Shown in pieces: positions 50,940-61,948 of a stretch of DNA of 64,000 nucleotides. The position numbers and the translations under genes were made by a program. Each line of letters starts with the position of its first letter. Within the stretch, counting starts at the first letter, position 1. The DNA is from Malacoraja senta (lineage: Eukaryota): NCBI GenBank assembly GCA_038087875.1, contig CM075993.1:10790001-10854000 (forward strand), read 5' to 3'. Below the pieces are notes generated by a model. The model did no database searches, was not told the DNA's origin, and was given only the letters and a program-made list of their open reading frames with translations.

Positions 50940-51432
50940 ACCTCATATCCAACCTCATATCTACCTCATTGGGGACCCTCGGACTATCTTTGATCGGACT
51001 TTGCTGGCTTTACCTTGCACTAAACGTTATTCCGTTATTATGTATCCGTACACTGTGAATGGCTCGATTAGAATCATGTACTGTCTTTCTGCTGACGTGT
51101 TAGCAGCAACAACAGCTTTTCACTGTTCATCGGTACACGTGACAATAAACTAAACAGAAACTAAACTGGTACTGGAAATATCGAAGGTAGACAAAAATGC
51201 TGGAGAAACTCAGCGGGTGAGGCAGCATCTATGGAGCGAAGGAATAGGTGACGTTTCGGCTCGAGACCAAGGGTCTCGACCCGAATCGTCACCTATTCCT
51301 TCGCTCCATAGATACTGCCTCCCCCGCTGTGTTTCTCCAGTATTTTTGTCTACCTTTGATTTTTCCAGCATCTGCAGTTCCTTCTTAAAGACTGCAACTG
51401 GAAATTGATTGCTGGGTCTTTGTTACCACTGG

Positions 51433-51567
51433 GGGGTGGAAGATTGCAACCTACACGTGGTCCGCCCTGTTTCGACTAATGCAATCATCTCGACGTGCAC
51501 AAACGGAAGATCAAATAGAACAAGTTGTCCAACAACTTTAGGCTGCGCACGCCACACGAAAGAAGAA
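51433..51567 (+). mobile_element. Short non-LTR 3'-end insertion with (AAG)n tail and 11-bp TSD
   Basis: TSD GTTACCACTGG (51422-51432) / GTTACCATTGG (51568-51578). The empty site is visible in the paralogous segment at ~46260-46300 (minus). Confidence 0.75.
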
Positions 51568-51841
51568 GTTACCATTGGAACTACCTTCCTAACAATACCC
51601 AATCTCAATACAGCCTTCCCAACAGGGTCCCATAATATGTCAAGGATTCATGAATAGAAAATCTTGTTTGACAAATCTTTGACTATTGCAATGATGCAGA
51701 AATTAAAGTAGAGATCTCAGTTGTTCATATCAATCTGAACGAGGGCACCTGGTGTAATATGACCAACACAATGCAGGTTCACCACAGATTTCCCAGCATC
51801 CTTGGTCCCAGAGCCTTTCCAGATGATCCATTTTGCCAGAA

Positions 51842-52264
51842 GAACAGAGGTCACCGTCTCCGAGAGGAGGCCAACGGTACCGGAATGTTCCGCCAAGGCC
51901 ACAGAGGGGCCGAGATACCGGCAAGCAAATTCGGCCTCGCAAGTCGGCATACCTGAAGAAGGGTTTCGGCCCGAAACGTTGCCTATTTCCTTCGCTCCAT
52001 AGATGCTGCTGCACCCGCTGAGTTTCTCCAGCACTTTTGTCTACCCTCGCAAGTCGACTATGGGAACGGATCTGCCGGCTCCGCCCGGGCCAGAGTTCCA
52101 GAGCCCCGGCCGCAGGGGGGAAATTCAACCCGCCGATCGGCGCAGAAGCCCCAATGAGGAAGAGGTTGGCTCACCTCACCTGGCCTGGGCACCACATTTT
52201 TGGGGGGACTTCCGAGGGGGTTTTAAGTGCGCTCTCGTAATTCATCGTCCGGATTCATCATCTG
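51842..52264. mobile_element. Unclassified GC-rich insertion with 9-bp TSD inside an old CR1 remnant
   Basis: TTGCCAGAA at 51833-51841 and 52265-52273. The flanks join into a degenerate CR1 FADD..IGG region. It hosts a Penelope pLTR piece (51947-52044) flanked by a CCTCGCAAGTCG duplication. Confidence 0.55.
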
Positions 52265-52519
52265 TTGCCAGAAAATCGGTGGAGGACAAGGTAATAGAGC
52301 TCTAGGAGATCTTGTCAGCATGGTGGAATGGGCAAGATAAATGAAAAATGACATTGTAGAATTCCCCCAATCTTTTAAACAATTGTAAAAAGTTTTAAAA
52401 CTAAAGATTTAAAAAATGAACTCACCTCCTCTGTTCCTCTCTGAGTGTGAGAATTCAGAATATTTACCAATATCTGTAAACATCAGCCATTGTAATGGGA
52501 CTCTCCCACTGGTGGAAAC

Positions 52520-52848
52520 CAAAGATCCTATAGATCACTCCTGCTAAATGCAATGGCTGACGTGTAGTACGCAACGGAACGGATGTTGCGGGGAAACAGT
52601 TTGTGTTAATAAATTATAATTCTGAAAATGAGGAGAAGATTTTTACCAAAGAACTTTTATTTTTACGAGGATGCTTCCGTAACCGGCTACCGTCTCCGCA
52701 CTAGTTATCTTTGCTCCGCTATGGGATCTTTGGTGCGTAGACGGAAGCCAGTTATGGAAATGGGGCCGAAAATTACCCATGAATCTGCCCATGACCGTAC
52801 TACGTCTTTTTTGTCGAGTGATCTATCTTGCTCGCTATGGGATCTTTG
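52520..52848. mobile_element. Non-autonomous DNA transposon with CAAAG termini and 8-bp TSD (P-element-like)
   Basis: TIRs CAAAGATCCTATAG / CTATGGGATCTTTG (1 mismatch in 14). Perfect TSD GTGGAAAC at 52512-52519 and 52849-52856. Confidence 0.75.
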
Positions 52849-55424
52849 GTGGAAACGTCTCCCTGTAATGCCCTTTAAGATCTTGTATCATTCAATGAGA
52901 CCGCCTTCAATCTGCTAAACTCCAAAGTAAACAGGTTCAACTTCTTTCTCTGATCCCAGAATTAGCCGAGTGAATCTCCTTTGGTTAGCCTCCAGTGTTA
53001 TGGACTGTTGGCCTGTCCTACAGCCTTGCTATTAACATGTTGCACAGACAAGGAAGAATATGCCCTGGGAACGAGGAATTGCAGGTGTTGGTTTACAGAC
53101 AAACCCCCACGAAGTGCAGAGTAACTCAGTGGGTCAGGCAGCATCTCTGGTTACATGGATAGGTGACATTTTGGGTCATGTCTGAAGAAGGGTCCTGACC
53201 CGAAACCTATCATGTTCTCCAGAGATGCTGCCCGACCCGCTGAGTTACTCCAGCACGTTGTGTCATTAAAAAATATATTGCCCTTGTAAATTTTGCTTTT
53301 AGCTGCTCCATTAACCAACTTGGACTCATCTGAACAGAGGTGTTCCCTTCCCCAACTTCGCAACTAATTGAAAAATAATTGTTCTCTCTTTCCCAGTTCT
53401 GACATGGGTCTGTACCTGAAATATCAACTCTTTTTCTCTCCACATATGCTGCCTGACCCGCCATGCATTTTTTGTTTATTTCAGAATTCCAGCATCTGCA
53501 TTTTTTCCTGATTCCAAGGTCAATAGACAATAGACAATAGGTGCAGGAGTAGGCCATTTGGCCCTTCGATCCAGCACCACCATTCAATGTGATCATGGCT
53601 GATCATCCCCAATCAGTACCCCATTCCTGCCTTCTCCCCATATCCCCAGTCCAGTGATGATCGGAGCTGGCAAACCTGTTCCTTCTCTGGAATGTGTAAG
53701 GAACTGCAGATGCTGGTTTACACTGAAGATAGACACACAATGCTGGAGTAACTCAGCGGGTCAGGCAGCATCTCTGGGGAAAAGAAATAGGTGATGTTTT
53801 GGGTTCGAGACCCTTCTTCAGACTGACTTGGGAAGGGGGACCATTCCTTCTCGAGAATGTCAACAATTAGCAACTGAAAGCTTCCTGTGGAGTTATTATT
53901 AAGACATTCTGCCTATCAGGCAATTGAATCATCCTACAACTACCAGAGAGCAACGCTGAACTACTATCTACCGTGTTGGCGACCCTCGGACTATCCTTTG
54001 CTGGCTTTACCTTGCACTAATCATGTATCTATACACTGTAAATGGCAATCATGTATTGTCGTCCTGATGACGGGATTGCACGCAGCAAAAGCTTTTCACT
54101 GTACCTCGATACACGTGACAGTAAACTAAACTGAACTGAACAGTAGATGAGGTTGGAGGAGGTGCAAGTCTCTAGAATACCAGCCACTGAGTGACTGAAA
54201 GTTTCCTGCGGAGTTACTATTAAAACATTCTGCCTAAATACGTGACGATTCTCATTCCAGTCTTGCTGCTTTCAAGAATCAAGAGAGTCCAGAGTGTTTT
54301 ATTGTCATATGTCCAAGATAGAACAATGACATTCTTACTTGCTGCAGCACAACACAATATGTAAACATAGTACACTGTGAACAATATAATAAATGAGAGG
54401 GAAAAAAGTTCAATGTATGTTTCTATACACTTACTCACAAATACACATATGCAGTATATAGATCATATATATATATATATTTACACACGTACACACAAAA
54501 TACAAACTATAATCGTGCAGCATTAATAACAATAATAGTCTATTGTAGTTCAGAGTTTACTTGAGGTTGTCCGGTTTAATAGCCTGATGGCTGTAGGGAA
54601 GAAGCTGTTCCTGGACGTTACAGTTTTCAGGCTCCTGTACCTCCAACCCCCCAGTCTGGAGAAATCCCTGGACTGCTGGAGTCAAGTTGTGCTGATCCGA
54701 CACGAGTATTTAAATCCGTTTATGCCAGGCTTATGTTGGTTCCTTAATAGTTGAACATCCATAACCGGCCATAGCACCCTGACCTTGACAAACTAACTAA
54801 GCAGGAGCAGGCAATGATGTGTAGAAGGTTAGTGGCCAGCAGACAAATGATGATAAAATATCTCTGGGTGCTAAAACAATAGCTGTATGTCTTGTGTGAC
54901 ATATTGCATCACTTCCAGGCTTTGAATCACAGGCCATTTATTTTGAATCTGCATTCAACTATGTTTTATTGTCATAATAAAGCAACTGCCACAGAGAGGG
55001 GGATTTTTATCGTGTCCAATCTTCAAATTGTTACATTATCTTCACAGCTCAGAAATCAGGGGATTCAAATTCATCCTGATAATAAGTGTCATTAAAATAA
55101 TGAAATCAATCTGAAAGGACTGACAGCGGAATCTGGTCGTGAAAATGTACAGCTTGTGTTGATCCTGTCTATCGCAGCTGAGAATGTGTAGCGGGGGGGG
55201 GGGGGGGGGGGGGCTGGGTCCGTCTCAGCCTGTCCGTAGCACCAGTACCTCAGGGGCCGTCGCTGTCAGACAGGAAAACAAAATGCAGATGCTGGTTTAT
55301 ACCGAAGATAGACCCAAAGTGCTGGAGAAACTCAGTGGGACAGGCAGCATCTCCGGAGAGAAGGAATGGGTGACGTTTCGGGTCGAGACCCTTCTTCAGA
55401 CTCATCTACATGATATTCATGACA

Positions 55425-55760
55425 TGTATGCACAGAGTCTCTTGCCCAGAGTAGGGGAATCAAGGACCAGAGGACATAGGTTTACAGTGAAGGGGAAAAG
55501 ATTTAATAGGAATCTGAGGGGTAACTTTTTCACACAAAGGGTGGTGGGTGTATGGAACGAGCTGCCGGAGGAGGTTGTTGAGGCAGGGACTATCTCAAAG
55601 TTTAAGAAACAGTTGGACGTGTACCCCGGATAGGACAGGTTTGGAGGGATGTGGTCCAAACGCGAGCCGGTGGGACTAGTGTAGCTGGGACATGTTGGCC
55701 GGTGTGGGAAAGTTGGGCCAAAAGGTCTGTTTCCACGCTGTATCACTCTATGACTATGAC
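55425..55760 (+). mobile_element. CR1 LINE 3' fragment
   Basis: AQSLLPRVGESRTRGHRFTVKG... plus the 3'UTR and (CTATGA)n tail. Confidence 0.85.
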
Positions 55761-56055
55761 ATGTACAGAGTTACAGTGAAACATTTGTTCTGCGTGCTAT
55801 CCAGACAAATACTAAGCATGAGGAATGTGGATCCTTTGGAATAGCAGCAGAGATTCACCACATTCTGGCACCATCTTGCAACTTGACTCTATATCTCTAT
55901 GACTATGTCTGATATAAGATTCAGTTACATGAGGACACACACAATATGTTGAAAGTCAAAAAAAACGCAGATGCTGGAAATATGAAATATATGGAGAAGT
56001 TGCTGAAACACACAATAAGTCTGCAGAAATGGAAACAAGGATAATGTTTTGGCTA

Positions 56056-56940
56056 TGTGTAGGAAGGAACTGCAGATGCTGGTTTAAACTGAAGATAGAC
56101 ACATCAAGCTGGAGTAACTCAGTGGGACAGGCAGCATCTCTGGAGAGAAGGAATAGGTGACGTTTTGGGTCGAGACCCTTCTTCAGACTGAGAGTCAGGG
56201 GAAAGGGAAACGAGAGATATAGACGGTGATGTAGAGAGATATAGAACAAATGAATGAAATAAATGCCAAAAAGTAACGATGATAAAGGAAACTGGCCATT
56301 GTTAGCTGTGGGCTAGGTGAAAATGAGTTACAGTTAATGAAACCTAATAAAGACAACTGAAGGTAGTATGACTTGGATGGGGGTTGAAAATGAGTTACAG
56401 TTAATGACACCTAATAAAGACGACTGAAGCTAGTATGGATGGGGGAGTGATGGAGATAGGGGGCTGCAAGGGTTACTTGAAGTTCGAGAAATCAATATAC
56501 ATTGTTTTGGATATTTGCAGAAAGGACTGTAGATGTTGGTTTAAACTGAAGATAGACACTTAAAGCTGGAGTAACTCAGCGGGCCAGGCAGCATCTCTGA
56601 AGAAGGGTTTTAACCTGAAATGTCAGCCATTCCTTCTCTCCAGAAATGCTGCCTTACTCGCTGTTACTCCTGCTTTTTGTGTCTATTTAAGGTTAATGCT
56701 TTATCCAATTCCCTTTCTCAGAACGAGGAGAGAGAAAAGGATGTTTAAGAAGGAACTGCAGATGCTGGAAAAACGAAGGTAGACAAAAATGCTGAAGAAA
56801 CTCAGCGGATGAGGCAGCATCTATGGAGCGAAGGAAATAGGCAACGTTTCGGGTCTCGACCCGATATGTTGCCTATTTTCTTCGCTCCATAGATGCTGCC
56901 TCACCCGCTGAGTTGCTCCAGCATTTTTGTTTACCTTAGA
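56056..56940. mobile_element. Cluster of Penelope pLTR fragments and palindromic pLTR pairs
   Basis: The same motif family as above. It includes a ~66-bp internal duplication at 56318-56440. Confidence 0.78.
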
Positions 56941-57179
56941 GAGAAAAGGAGTTGTTTTTTACTCGCAGAGAAACAAGAGTTCCCCTGGTCCTCACCTTCC
57001 ATCCACCAGGCTTTGCATTCAACACAAGGAACTGCAGATGGAAGAATCTTGTGTATAGACATTGTGCTGGCTTACACTCAGCAGGTCAGGTAGCATCTCT
57101 CGAGGACACTGTTAGGTGACGTTTTGGATCTGAAAAAGGCTTCCAAGCATTTCTCCAGAAGACAACCTGTTATTCCGAA

Positions 57180-57650
57180 TATAGGAGCAACTTCTGCAGT
57201 TGTACAGAGCCCTAGTGAGACCACACCTGGAGTATTGTGTGCAGTTCTGGTCCCCTAATTTGAGGAAGGACATTCTTGCTGTTGAGGGAGTGCAGCGTAG
57301 GTTTACAAGGTTTATTCCCGGGATGGCAGGACTGTCATATGCTGAGAGAATGGAGTAGCTGGGCTTGTACACTCTGGACTTTAGAAGGATGAGAGGGGAT
57401 CTCATATAAGATTGTTATGGGCTTGGACACACTGGAGGCAGGAAACATGTTCCCAATGTTGGGGGAGTCCAGAACCAGGGACCACAGTTTAAGAATAAGG
57501 GGTCAGCCATTTAGAACAGAGACGAGGAAACACTTTTTCTCACAGAGAGTGGTGAGTCTGTGGAATTCTCTGCCTCAGTGGGCGGTGGAGGCCGGTTCTC
57601 TGGATGCTTTCAAGAGAGAGCTAGATAGGGCTCTTAAAAATAGCGGAGTT
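57180..57650 (+). mobile_element. CR1 LINE 3' fragment
   Basis: The same subfamily as 7228-7781. Confidence 0.85.
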
Positions 57651-58339
57651 CCAGCTTATTAAGGAAAGGTGTAGGAAGGAACTGCAGATGCCGGTTTAAA
57701 CCGAAGGTAGACACAAAATGCTGGAGTAACTCAGCGGGACAGGCAGCATCTCTGGGGAGAAGAAATGGGTGACGTTTCGGGTCAAGACCCTTCTTCATGA
57801 CTCTGAAGAAGGGTCTCGACCTGAAACGTCACCCATTCCTTCTCTCCCAGAGATCTTTTTGTTATGGAAAGGGCTAAGGCTGGTCTGGAAAGTAAGGTCC
57901 TCAATTAGAGGCAAGACCAATTTTAATATAAGGCATGATCTGGAAAAGGTAGACTGGGTACAGCTACTTGCAGGTAAAGGTTGCAATAGTTGCTGCCTCA
58001 ACTGCCTCCTCCGGCAGCGCCTCAACTGCCTCCTCCGGCAGCTCGTTCCATACACCCACCACCCTCTATGTAAAAAAAAGCTACCCCTCAGATCCTATTA
58101 AATCTTTTCCTCCCTCACCATTACCTATCTCTTCTGGTTCTCCATTCCTCTACTATTGGCAAAAGACACCCGATCTATTCCTCTCACGATCTTGTACACT
58201 TCTATAAGATCACCCCTCATCCTCCTGCGCTCTGAGGAATAGAGTCCCAGCCTGCTCAACCTCTCCTTGTAGCTCAGGCCCTCGAGTCCAGGCAACATTC
58301 TCGTAAATCTACTCTGCAACCCTATCCATCTTGACAACA

Positions 58340-58656
58340 TCCTTCAGTTTACTGGTCTTTAGCACTAGGTACTCCATCTGGGCCACGCATCTTTCGTGGG
58401 TTCACCCTTTTGAAGGATGCTCAGACCACCGGAGTCGGAGTCTGAGATCCTAGGGCCGTCAGAGAATGTGGGATGCTCATTGTTCTCCCTTTCAAAGCAA
58501 ACATAGAGGCATTGAGCTCATTTGGAAGTGATGTGTCATTGCCACGTATGCCACCTGGTTTTGCCCTGCAGGAAATAATGGTGTGCAAATCCTGACACAA
58601 CTGTCGTGCAACAGTCTTTGGCTCCAATTTAGCTCGAAATTGTTGATGGGACGATC
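58340..58656 (-). pseudogene. Degenerate Rex1/Babar ORF remnant (continues at 60853-61050)
   Basis: QFRAKLE...RQLCQDLHTI...SLPNELNA and RVNPRKMRGPDGVP-like remnants. 60853-61050 gives PSQKPWM...YKRS. Confidence 0.65.
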
Positions 58657-59172
58657 TTGGCTCCCATAGCCGGCGGCATTTGGGCCCTCGCGTCGGGACG
58701 ATCAAGCGCCCGCATCGGGGGAGATCTCAGCTCCCCCGCGCCGGGCAATCTGACCCCGGGTCAGGGCTGGTCGAAACCTTGTGCGTCGTTTGGAGCTTCC
58801 CGACATCGGTCTCTACCCGAGACTGCGAGCTCTCGATGGTGAAATCTGCAGGCTGCGGTTGGAGCGTCGATCCCAGACAAGGGATGTGCCCCGATGGTAA
58901 GTCCACGTCCCCGCTGTGAGGCTCAAAGTCAGTCCTGAGCAAGGCCTCCAGCTCAACGATGTTAGGCCGCAGAGCGACCGGAGATACGTCCCGGACAACA
59001 ATCGCATCTCCGGCAAGGTAAGAGACTGAAAAAAAGGGTCCCCCGACCCCCCCACCACATAAAACAAATCAGAGAACATTAACACAAACTTTTAAAACAC
59101 ACAAAAAATAACAAACAAATGACAAAAAGACAGACAGACTGTTGGCGGCTGCCATCGCGGCGCTCCCTGGTG
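58657..59172 (-). mobile_element. Non-coding GC-rich repeat (family shared with 36600-36950 and 63195-64000)
   Basis: Shared order of motifs: ATGGCAGCC, T-rich tract, TATGTGG+G-run, CAGTC..TACC..CGGAGATGCG. Confidence 0.6.
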
Positions 59173-59248
59173 TTGAATCAACCCTTAACAGCCACTGAGC
59201 AACTTAATCTTGTTTTTTCAGTCATTGGGGCTCAACCGTATCTATATA

Positions 59249-60851
59249 CAGTGGCTTGCAAAAGTATTCATACCCCTTGAACTTTTCCACATTTTGTCAC
59301 GTTACAACCACAAACGTAAATGTATTTTATTGGGATTTTATGATAGACAAAACACAAAGTGGTGCATAATTGTGAAGTGGAATGAAGTGGAATGAAAATG
59401 ATACATAAAAAACTGAAAAGTGTCGCGTGCAAAAGTATTCAGCCCCCCTGAGTCAATACTTTGTAGAACCACCTTTCGCTGCAATTACAGCTGCAACTCT
59501 TTTGGGGTATGTCTCTACCAGCTTTGCACATCTAGAGACTGAAATTTTTGCCCATTCTTCTTTGCAAAATAGCTCAAGCTCAGTCAGATTGGATGGAGAG
59601 CGTCTGTGAACAGCAATTTTCAAGTCTTGCCAGAGATTCTCAATTGGATTTAGGTCTGGACTTTGACTGGGCCATTCTAACACATGAATATGCTTTGACC
59701 TAAACCATTCCATTGTAGCTCTGGCTCTATATTTAGGGTCGTTGTCCTGCTGGAAGGTGAACCTCCGCCCCAGTCTCAAGTCTTTTGCAGACTCTAACAG
59801 GTTTTCTTCCAAGATTGCCCTGTATTTGGCTCCATCCATCTTCCCATCAACTCTGACCAGCTTCCCTGTCCCTGCTGAAGAAAAGCATCCCCACAACATG
59901 ATGCTGCCACCACCATGTTTCACAGTGGGGATGGTGTGTTCAGGGTGATGTGCAGTGTTAGGTTTCTGCCACACATTGCGTTTTGCATTTAGGCCAAAAA
60001 CTTCAATTTTGGTCTCATCTGACCAGAGCACCTTCCTCCACATGTTTGCTGTGTCCCTCACATGGCTTGTGGCAAACTGCAAACGGGACTTCTTATGGCT
60101 TTTTTTCAACAATGGCTTTCTTCTTGCCACTCTTCCATAAAGGCCCGATTTGTGGAGTGCACGACTAATAGTTGTTCTGTGGACAGATTCTCCCACCTGA
60201 GCTGTGGATCTCTGCAGCTCCTCCAGAGTTACTATGGGCCTCTTGGCTGCTTCTCTGATCAATGCTCTCCTTGCCCAGCCTGTCAGTTTAGGTGGACGGC
60301 CATGTCTTGGTAGGTTCGCAGTTGTGCCATACTCTTTCCATTTTCGGATGATGGATTGAACAGTGCTCTGTGAGATGTTCAAAGCCTGGGATATTTTTTT
60401 ATAACCTAACCCTGCTTTAAACTTCTCCACAACTTTATCCCTGACCTGTCTGGTGTGTTCCTTGGGCTTCATGAAGCTGTTTGTTCACTAATGTTCTCTA
60501 ACAAACCTCTGAGGCCTTCACAGAACAGCTGCATTTATACTGAGATTAGATTACACACAAGTGGACTCTATTTACTAATTAGGTGACTTCTGAAGGCAAT
60601 TGGTTGCACTGGATTTTATTTAGGGGTATCAGAGTAAAGGGGGCTGAATACTTTTGCACGCCACACTTTTCCGTTTTTTATTTGTAAAAAAATTTGAAAA
60701 CCATGTATCATTTTCATTCCACTTCACAATTATGCACCACTTTGTGTTGGTCTATCACATAAAATCCCAATAAAATACATTTACGTTTGTGGTTGTAACG
60801 TGACAAAATGTGGAAAAGTTCAAGGGGTATGAATACTTTTGCAAGCCACTG
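59249..60851 (-). mobile_element. Tc1-like (Passport/Eagle-like, IR/DR) transposon with intact transposase
   Basis: TA TSD (59247-48, 60852-53). ~200-bp TIRs CAGTGGCTTGCAAAAGTATTCATACCCC with inner repeat TGCAAAAGTATTCAGCCCCC. Length 1603 bp. Confidence 0.95.
59453..60472 (-). CDS. Tc1 transposase, 339 aa, DD34E
   Basis: Paired-like HTH, GRPPK, WSDETK, QQDND + 34 aa + E in SPDLNPIENLW, C-terminal KGGSTKY. No stops. Confidence 0.95.
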   Translation of the reverse strand: MKPKEHTRQVRDKVVEKFKAGLGYKKISQALNISQSTVQSIIRKWKEYGTTANLPRHGRPPKLTGWARRALIREAAKRPIVTLEELQRSTAQVGESVHRTTISRALHKSGLYGRVARRKPLLKKSHKKSRLQFATSHVRDTANMWRKVLWSDETKIEVFGLNAKRNVWQKPNTAHHPEHTIPTVKHGGGSIMLWGCFSSAGTGKLVRVDGKMDGAKYRAILEENLLESAKDLRLGRRFTFQQDNDPKYRARATMEWFRSKHIHVLEWPSQSPDLNPIENLWQDLKIAVHRRSPSNLTELELFCKEEWAKISVSRCAKLVETYPKRVAAVIAAKGGSTKY

Positions 60852-61197
60852 TATGTGAAACTGTCCTCAAGCTGGATGGATACGTGGACCTCTTGTATGA
60901 GGTTGGGTCGCCAGGCATGAACACCACAAAATTAGTCCCCAGCAGATTATGAGATTCCTGGATCATCCAGGGCTTCTGGCTGGGAAGACTCGGAATGTTT
61001 TTGTCGGTACACACTCATCCGGGCATTTATTATGAAGTCTTTATCACTGGTGTTGGTGAAAATATTCACTGAGACCTGACTTAGAGAAAAGCAGCACCTT
61101 TATTGTTGACAGGGCTCTGGGAGAAGAGGCAAGAGTCAAGTCTGTGAGCACCTTCTCCCCGAGCGATCCTTACAGCTGTTTTTAGTTTAATTTTTTT

Positions 61198-61500
61198 GTT
61201 TTAGAGATACAGCGCGGAAACAGGCCCTTCAGCCCACAGCGATCCCCGCACACTAACACTATCCTACACACACTAGGGACAATTTACATACCCAAGTATA
61301 CAAACCCGGGCCAATTAACCTACAAACCTGTACGTCTTTGGAGCGTGGGAGGAAACCAAAGATCACGGAGAAAACCCACACGGGTCACGGGGAGAACGTA
61401 CAAACCCCGTACAGACGGCACCCGTAGTCGGGATCGAACCCGCGTCTCTGGCGCTGCAAATGCTGTAAGGCAGCAACTCTACCGCTGCTCCACCGTGCTG
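61198..61500 (-). mobile_element. V-SINE (HE1-like)
   Basis: Reverse-complement full copy. Confidence 0.85.
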
Positions 61501-61519
61501 CCCTGGTTTATATTTTAGA

Positions 61520-61948
61520 TACATAGATACATAGAAAATAGGTGCAGGAGTAGGCCATTCGGCCCTTCGAGCCTGCACCGCCATTCAATATGATCATGGC
61601 TGATCATCCATCTCAGTATCCCGTACCTGCCTTCTCTCCATACCCCCTGATCCCCTTAGCCACAAGGGCCACATCTAACTCCCTCTTAAATATAGCCAAT
61701 GAACTGGCCTCAACTACCCTCTGTGGCAGAGAGTTCCAGAGATTCACCACTCTCTGTGTGAAAAAGTTTTTCCTCATCTCGGTCTTAAAGGATTTCCCCC
61801 TTATCCTTAAGCTGTGACCCCTTGTCCTGGACTTCCCCAACATCGGGAACAATCTTCCTGCATCTAGCCTGTCCAACCCCATAAGAATTTTGTACGTTTC
61901 TATAAGATCCCCTCTCAATCTCCTAAATTCTAGCGAGTATAAGCCAAT
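61520..61948 (-). mobile_element. Young CR1 3' fragment
   Basis: Almost identical by eye to 49108-49540. Confidence 0.9.

Larger units (their letters stand above)
48920..51165 (+). mobile_element. Rex1/Babar 3' fragment split by the young CR1 insertion
   Basis: 48920-49107 (LGKASSIIKDGSHPGH...RFRDSFFP) continues at ~50958-51165 with the 3'UTR. Confidence 0.78.

Noticed and set aside
58421..58705. 94-aa ORF with an apparent splice acceptor
   Set aside because: It is explained as a degenerate Rex1/Babar ORF remnant.
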